Shown here in pieces: positions 60,590-64,000 of a DNA stretch of 64,000 nucleotides. The stretch is taken from the sequence record MT782071.1. One strand, written 5' to 3'. A model generated the notes under the pieces. The model made no database searches. It saw nothing but the letters and a program-made list of their open reading frames with translations, and was not told where the DNA came from. Source of the DNA: Escherichia phage JN02. How positions within the stretch are numbered: the first letter of the stretch is position 1; every line of letters begins with the position of its first letter. The translations under genes and the position numbers were made by a program.

Positions 60590-60730
60590 TCACCATATTA
60601 ATGAACGAATAGCCATTATAACATCTGAAATGAAAAGCACTACTTGGATTAGTCCAAACATCGCACCATAGTACAGAACCGTAAGCAACAACAAGAGCCC
60701 GAAGGCTCCCGCTAAGATTTTCTTAATCAT
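60590..60730 (-). CDS. ac: small hydrophobic membrane protein (ac position)
   Basis: 46 aa hand-translated (MIKKILAGAFGLLLLLTVLYYG...); stop 4 nt before gene 52 ATG. Confidence 0.5.
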   Translation of the reverse strand: MIKKILAGAFGLLLLLTVLYYGAMFGLIQVVLFISDVIMAIRSLIW

Positions 60731-60876
60731 TACTCGCCTTTTAATACGTTAAGAAGAGCTAAGACCGCTAAGGTACCTTGTGACACTGCCTGTTGAAATA
60801 CTGTTGTTTCGCCTGTAACTAAAGTGTTAACGAATAAAAACGACCAACACAGCAATGCAATAATCCATGATATCAT
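60730..60876 (-). CDS. small hydrophobic protein
   Basis: 48 aa hand-translated; SD GAGG; TAATG overlap with next start. Confidence 0.4.
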   Translation of the reverse strand: MISWIIALLCWSFLFVNTLVTGETTVFQQAVSQGTLAVLALLNVLKGE

Positions 60877-60901
60877 TTTAATTACCTCAAAAATAAATTA
60901 A

Positions 60902-60921
60902 AGGCCTATTAAGCTAGGCCT
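60902..60921 (-). terminator. terminator-like hairpin after ndd
   Basis: two AGGCCT hexamers 8 nt apart form a 6-bp stem, followed on minus strand by a U-rich tract. Confidence 0.5.
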
Positions 60922-60928
60922 GTATAAA

Positions 60929-61375
60929 TTAGTAACTCTGCAGAATGAATTTGAAATTATCGGCCAGAAGACGGTTCATTTCAGTCAGTGTTTGATATTC
61001 TGATGTATGATTGCGAGTGAATGCCAGAGCCAATTGTCCTTTACCATAACCAGTAGTCAGTGGTTTCATGTTCTTAGCTGCAACAAAGATTACATCATAT
61101 TCAATATTATTAGTGCCCATGGTACGAGCCAGTTGCGAACGGCCTTGACGAATGTGAGAAAGAATTGCATCTAACCCTTGTTTAGAACGTTGACGTCCTA
61201 CAAAGAATCGTGCTGCAACTTGACGCCAATCAGATGAACCTTTAACAAAGAAGTAAAAACCTTCACGAGAACGAAACTCTTTAGAAACTTCAGAACCGTA
61301 CTCGCCATTACGAACTACTGCAACAACTTCACCGCCAACTGCCAGAAGGTCTTTACGAGTTAAATATTTGGACAT
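60929..61375 (-). CDS. ndd: nucleoid disruption protein Ndd
   Basis: 148 aa; T4 position and remembered sequence similarity; early promoter and GAGGAAA leader. Confidence 0.7.
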   Translation of the reverse strand: MSKYLTRKDLLAVGGEVVAVVRNGEYGSEVSKEFRSREGFYFFVKGSSDWRQVAARFFVGRQRSKQGLDAILSHIRQGRSQLARTMGTNNIEYDVIFVAAKNMKPLTTGYGKGQLALAFTRNHTSEYQTLTEMNRLLADNFKFILQSY

Positions 61376-61419
61376 GCTAATTTCCTCAATTGATTAATGT
61401 TTTTGTAATCCATGAGAGC

Positions 61420-61449
61420 ATTATACTCTGCTCTCAAGAGTTTGTACAA
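61420..61449 (-). promoter_or_regulatory. early promoter (ndd), variant -35
   Basis: TTGTAC-type -35, TATAAT -10; flanking inverted repeat GAGAGC/GCTCTC. Confidence 0.5.
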
Positions 61450-61451
61450 TT

Positions 61452-61652
61452 TTATTCGGCTATATCAGAACGTTCAAAAAGCTCTTCAACAGTTAAACAT
61501 TCGGTGTCATCCTCAATAAAGAATCGAGTCCAACACGTTGGGGCGATACAGTTATGAGTTTGTCCGGCGATAGAAGCTACACGAATAAGCTGCTGACCAT
61601 TATTCAGAACAAATTTTTCACCAATTTCAACATCTTTAAAAAGCTTAGCCAT
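61452..61652 (-). CDS. hypothetical protein (ndd.x position)
   Basis: 66 aa; early promoter and SD upstream. Confidence 0.5.
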   Translation of the reverse strand: MAKLFKDVEIGEKFVLNNGQQLIRVASIAGQTHNCIAPTCWTRFFIEDDTECLTVEELFERSDIAE

Positions 61653-61680
61653 TTTGTGTTCCTCGTGTTTCAGTAGGACT

Positions 61681-61710
61681 ACTATACCATAATCCTACCT
61701 TGATGTAAAC
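61681..61710 (-). promoter_or_regulatory. early promoter with inverted repeat around the -10
   Basis: GTTTAC, 18 nt, TATAGT; inverted repeat GTAGGA/TCCTAC. Confidence 0.6.
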
Positions 61711-61899
61711 AGTTAAATTACATTAAAATATGTTAAAGCCAACCATGTTCCAGTGAACGAACATGCGATGTAAAAACCCGTATCACAAATTGTTCTTAGT
61801 ACAATAAGTGCATTTTTCATAAGTACCTCAACACAATTGAAAATATTATACAAATCATTGGGATACTAAGCAACCATATTCCGATCCACATTTTAGAGC

Positions 61900-62163
61900 T
61901 CATATCTCAACTTCCGCGAGTTCCATATATCCTTTGTTGATAACCTCTTTAAGGTCTTTAGAAAGAATAATGTTAAAATGGTCGTTCATATGTCCGTTAA
62001 CTAAACGAGTTATTTCGGCTTCAGATGACATATAAGGCACGTCTGAGTCCCAATGAGATAGACCCAAATGGGTATAAATCATCCCTTCGTCATCTGCAGT
62101 GTTGTACATTGAAACAAATTCGCCTGTTACTTTATGTTTTGCGTAGAAAAATTTAAATTTCAT
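61900..62163 (-). CDS. hypothetical protein (ndd.x position)
   Basis: 87 aa; early promoter upstream. Confidence 0.5.
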   Translation of the reverse strand: MKFKFFYAKHKVTGEFVSMYNTADDEGMIYTHLGLSHWDSDVPYMSSEAEITRLVNGHMNDHFNIILSKDLKEVINKGYMELAEVEI

Positions 62164-62189
62164 GATGTTATCCTCTTTTAGATAGGACT

Positions 62190-62219
62190 ACTATATCATA
62201 ATCCTACTTAGTTGTAAAC
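62190..62219 (-). promoter_or_regulatory. early promoter with inverted repeat around the -10
   Basis: GTTTAC, 18 nt, TATAGT; inverted repeat TAGGA/TCCTA. Confidence 0.6.
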
Positions 62220-62231
62220 ACTTTTATGAAA

Positions 62232-62789
62232 TTAAAGATGAAGATACCACCCATTGTAGTTGCTCTTGCGGACGATTTTCTTTAGGTCTTCATGGTCTCC
62301 CACGAACTTTATAGAATAAGAGAAGACGTCAGGTGAGGTTTCTTTGACATCTAATATAATAATGCAATCTGCGACTCGATGGTTCAAGAAGGGCCCTATA
62401 TTGATTCCATTACCGCCCGGATAATCACCACCGTATCCTGTGGTAACCGAAATCCATTTCGAATCCATCTGATGGGTCTTTACTTCTACGCGTAGACCAC
62501 AGTACTTAGGATGAGCTAAAACGTCCCATGCATACGTGTACGGGTCTTCTACGTCTTCAATACCTTTATTAACATATCCGTCTAGCCAATTTGCTACTAC
62601 ATACTCTGCAAAGACCGCAACCTTACAACGTCGAACTACGTCTTCTTTTATTTGACCTGGATCTTGTTTCAAGGAGTACCGAGCAGTGTCAGCAATCTTC
62701 ACCTTCATTTCACTAGTCAAAAACTCATTCGACAGGATAAATGTCGGAAGATTCTTCAGTCTCAACAGTCCCAAGTTCGTCTTTACCAT
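62232..62789 (-). CDS. denB: endonuclease IV candidate, assigned by size and position
   Basis: 185 aa from internal ATG (T4 DenB is 185 aa); start uncertain. Confidence 0.5.
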   Translation of the reverse strand: MVKTNLGLLRLKNLPTFILSNEFLTSEMKVKIADTARYSLKQDPGQIKEDVVRRCKVAVFAEYVVANWLDGYVNKGIEDVEDPYTYAWDVLAHPKYCGLRVEVKTHQMDSKWISVTTGYGGDYPGGNGINIGPFLNHRVADCIIILDVKETSPDVFSYSIKFVGDHEDLKKIVRKSNYNGWYLHL

Positions 62790-63012
62790 AGATACCTCTG
62801 ATGTGTAGTTCGCCAAAATAAATGCGGTCTCCTTCTTCAAGATATTCTGCATCTACAGGCGGAATTTCAATAACAACTTCGTCACATTCTAACCAGCCGT
62901 AGTGTGCATCACCAGGATGTTTTACCAATTTAGCACAATAAACTGATTTACATTTATGATGGCCACGAAGATTAGCGATTTTGGATTCTGATACGTCAAA
63001 TGGATGAATCAT
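62725..63012 (-). CDS. hypothetical Cys/His-containing protein
   Basis: 95 aa from ATG after the rIIB terminator; overlaps the denB candidate start by 65 nt in another frame. Confidence 0.4.
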   Translation of the reverse strand: MIHPFDVSESKIANLRGHHKCKSVYCAKLVKHPGDAHYGWLECDEVVIEIPPVDAEYLEEGDRIYFGELHIRGIYGKDELGTVETEESSDIYPVE

Positions 63013-63031
63013 AATTACCCCTAAAGAAAAA

Positions 63032-63047
63032 GGGGACCGAAGTCCCC
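63032..63047 (-). terminator. intrinsic terminator after rIIB
   Basis: minus strand GGGGAC-UUCG-GUCCCC followed by UUUUUCUUU. Confidence 0.75.
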
Positions 63048-63052
63048 AATTA

Positions 63053-64000
63053 TTATTCTGCAAATAATTCAGTAACGTCTGAAATTACTTCATAACGACA
63101 AGTACGCATCTTAGCATCACCATAGTCAACTGGGATAGATACAACATCACGTGGATGAACTTTAACTTTCACAACTTTATCTGAGCTTGAACCAAAGTGG
63201 CGAATATAAGATTTAGCACAAACATGTAGACCGCGAGAACAGGTTTGAGTATCATCGTCGTTAACTCGAGTACGAGGCATTGAAACAACTTTACCTGGGG
63301 AGTTATCAAATGTGCCACTATAGCAATCTAAATAGTCTTTACGAACTACTTTCCATGCATAGAAATACCCGTCTTCAGTGATTTCAATATCATTTGCAAC
63401 CAAGAAGTCGAATAAACGTTGTACAGCTTTTTCGCTTGGGTTTTCTAACAGGTTTTCAAGGAACGGCAGATAGAATTTAAAGTCTTCACCTTTTTCCATG
63501 GAATCAATAATACGATTAACCAGTCCTGAACGAATTTCTATACCTTGATAAAATAAACTACCACCTTCAATAGTAACATTACCGTCAACAAACTTACTAA
63601 TAGCTTTCTTGATGTTAATAAGTTCGACAGCTTTACTAAGGTTTCCTGCGACCAGATTAGCTTTAATTTCTTCAAAATTTGCATGACTTGATGGAGTCGC
63701 ATTGTATGCTACGCGTCCTTCAATAATTGAAATAAATTTAGATGACGCGTTCCATACGATTTCAGGACGATGTCCGCCGATAATAGGTTCATCATTTTCT
63801 GGAACTTCTTCGATTACATAAGAGGCATCGTTTGCTTCAGGGACAACGCCTTCTGCTTTAAAATTCTTAACAATCTTACGAAGAGTATCTGTTGAAATGT
63901 CGAAGTAATCGGCAATTTCTTTACGGGTCCATTTGCCTGATTCAACCAGGCCGTAAGCTTCTAACTGTTCTTCTTGGGACAAGCATTTGATATTGTACAT
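63053..64000 (-). CDS. rIIB: rIIB protein
   Basis: 315 aa; matches remembered T4 rIIB N-terminus (MYNIKCL...); ATG sits at the window edge. Confidence 0.85.
   Translation of the reverse strand: MYNIKCLSQEEQLEAYGLVESGKWTRKEIADYFDISTDTLRKIVKNFKAEGVVPEANDASYVIEEVPENDEPIIGGHRPEIVWNASSKFISIIEGRVAYNATPSSHANFEEIKANLVAGNLSKAVELINIKKAISKFVDGNVTIEGGSLFYQGIEIRSGLVNRIIDSMEKGEDFKFYLPFLENLLENPSEKAVQRLFDFLVANDIEITEDGYFYAWKVVRKDYLDCYSGTFDNSPGKVVSMPRTRVNDDDTQTCSRGLHVCAKSYIRHFGSSSDKVVKVKVHPRDVVSIPVDYGDAKMRTCRYEVISDVTELFAE

Noticed and set aside
60695-60708. GAGCC-CGAA-GGCUC hairpin resembling the terminator motif, inside the ac-like ORF
   Set aside because: It lies within the coding sequence (encodes GAFGL) with no U-tract; probably coincidental with hydrophobic codons, though a regulatory role cannot be excluded

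Overview
This window reads as a contiguous segment of a T4-like (T-even, Tequatrovirus-type) myovirus genome, densely coding on both strands. All calls rest on reading the ORF translations against remembered T4 proteins, on T4 gene order, and on promoter/terminator motifs seen directly in the sequence; nothing was searched against a database. Order: end of portal gene 20, prohead/capsid genes 67-68-21-22-23-24 (+), rnlB-24.x-hoc-inh (-), uvsW/uvsW.1 (+), uvsY and baseplate 25-26 (-), baseplate hub 51-27-28-29-48-54 (+), then a long minus-strand early/middle block (alt, DNA ligase 30, nine 30.x ORFs including a HAD phosphatase and a NADAR-like protein, rIII, 31, cd, a DAHP synthase, pseT, spanin pair, alc, rnlA, denA, nrdB, nrdA, td, frd, 32, 59, 33, dsbA, rnh), the long tail fibre genes 34-35-36-37-38 and holin t (+), and finally asiA-arn-motA-52-ac-ndd-denB-rIIB (-). 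Several ORF-track starts are over-extended or use GTG and were corrected from promoter, terminator and SD positions. No tRNA, CRISPR array, intron or homing-endonuclease gene was recognised. The most unusual item is an intact class I DAHP synthase gene sitting directly upstream of cd in the nucleotide-metabolism operon. Other accessory signals are a duplicated Ig-like domain in hoc, a small early gene in the gene 23-24 gap, a 260-bp non-coding region next to rIII, and a family of near-identical early promoter-leader cassettes, some with inverted repeats around the -10 box.
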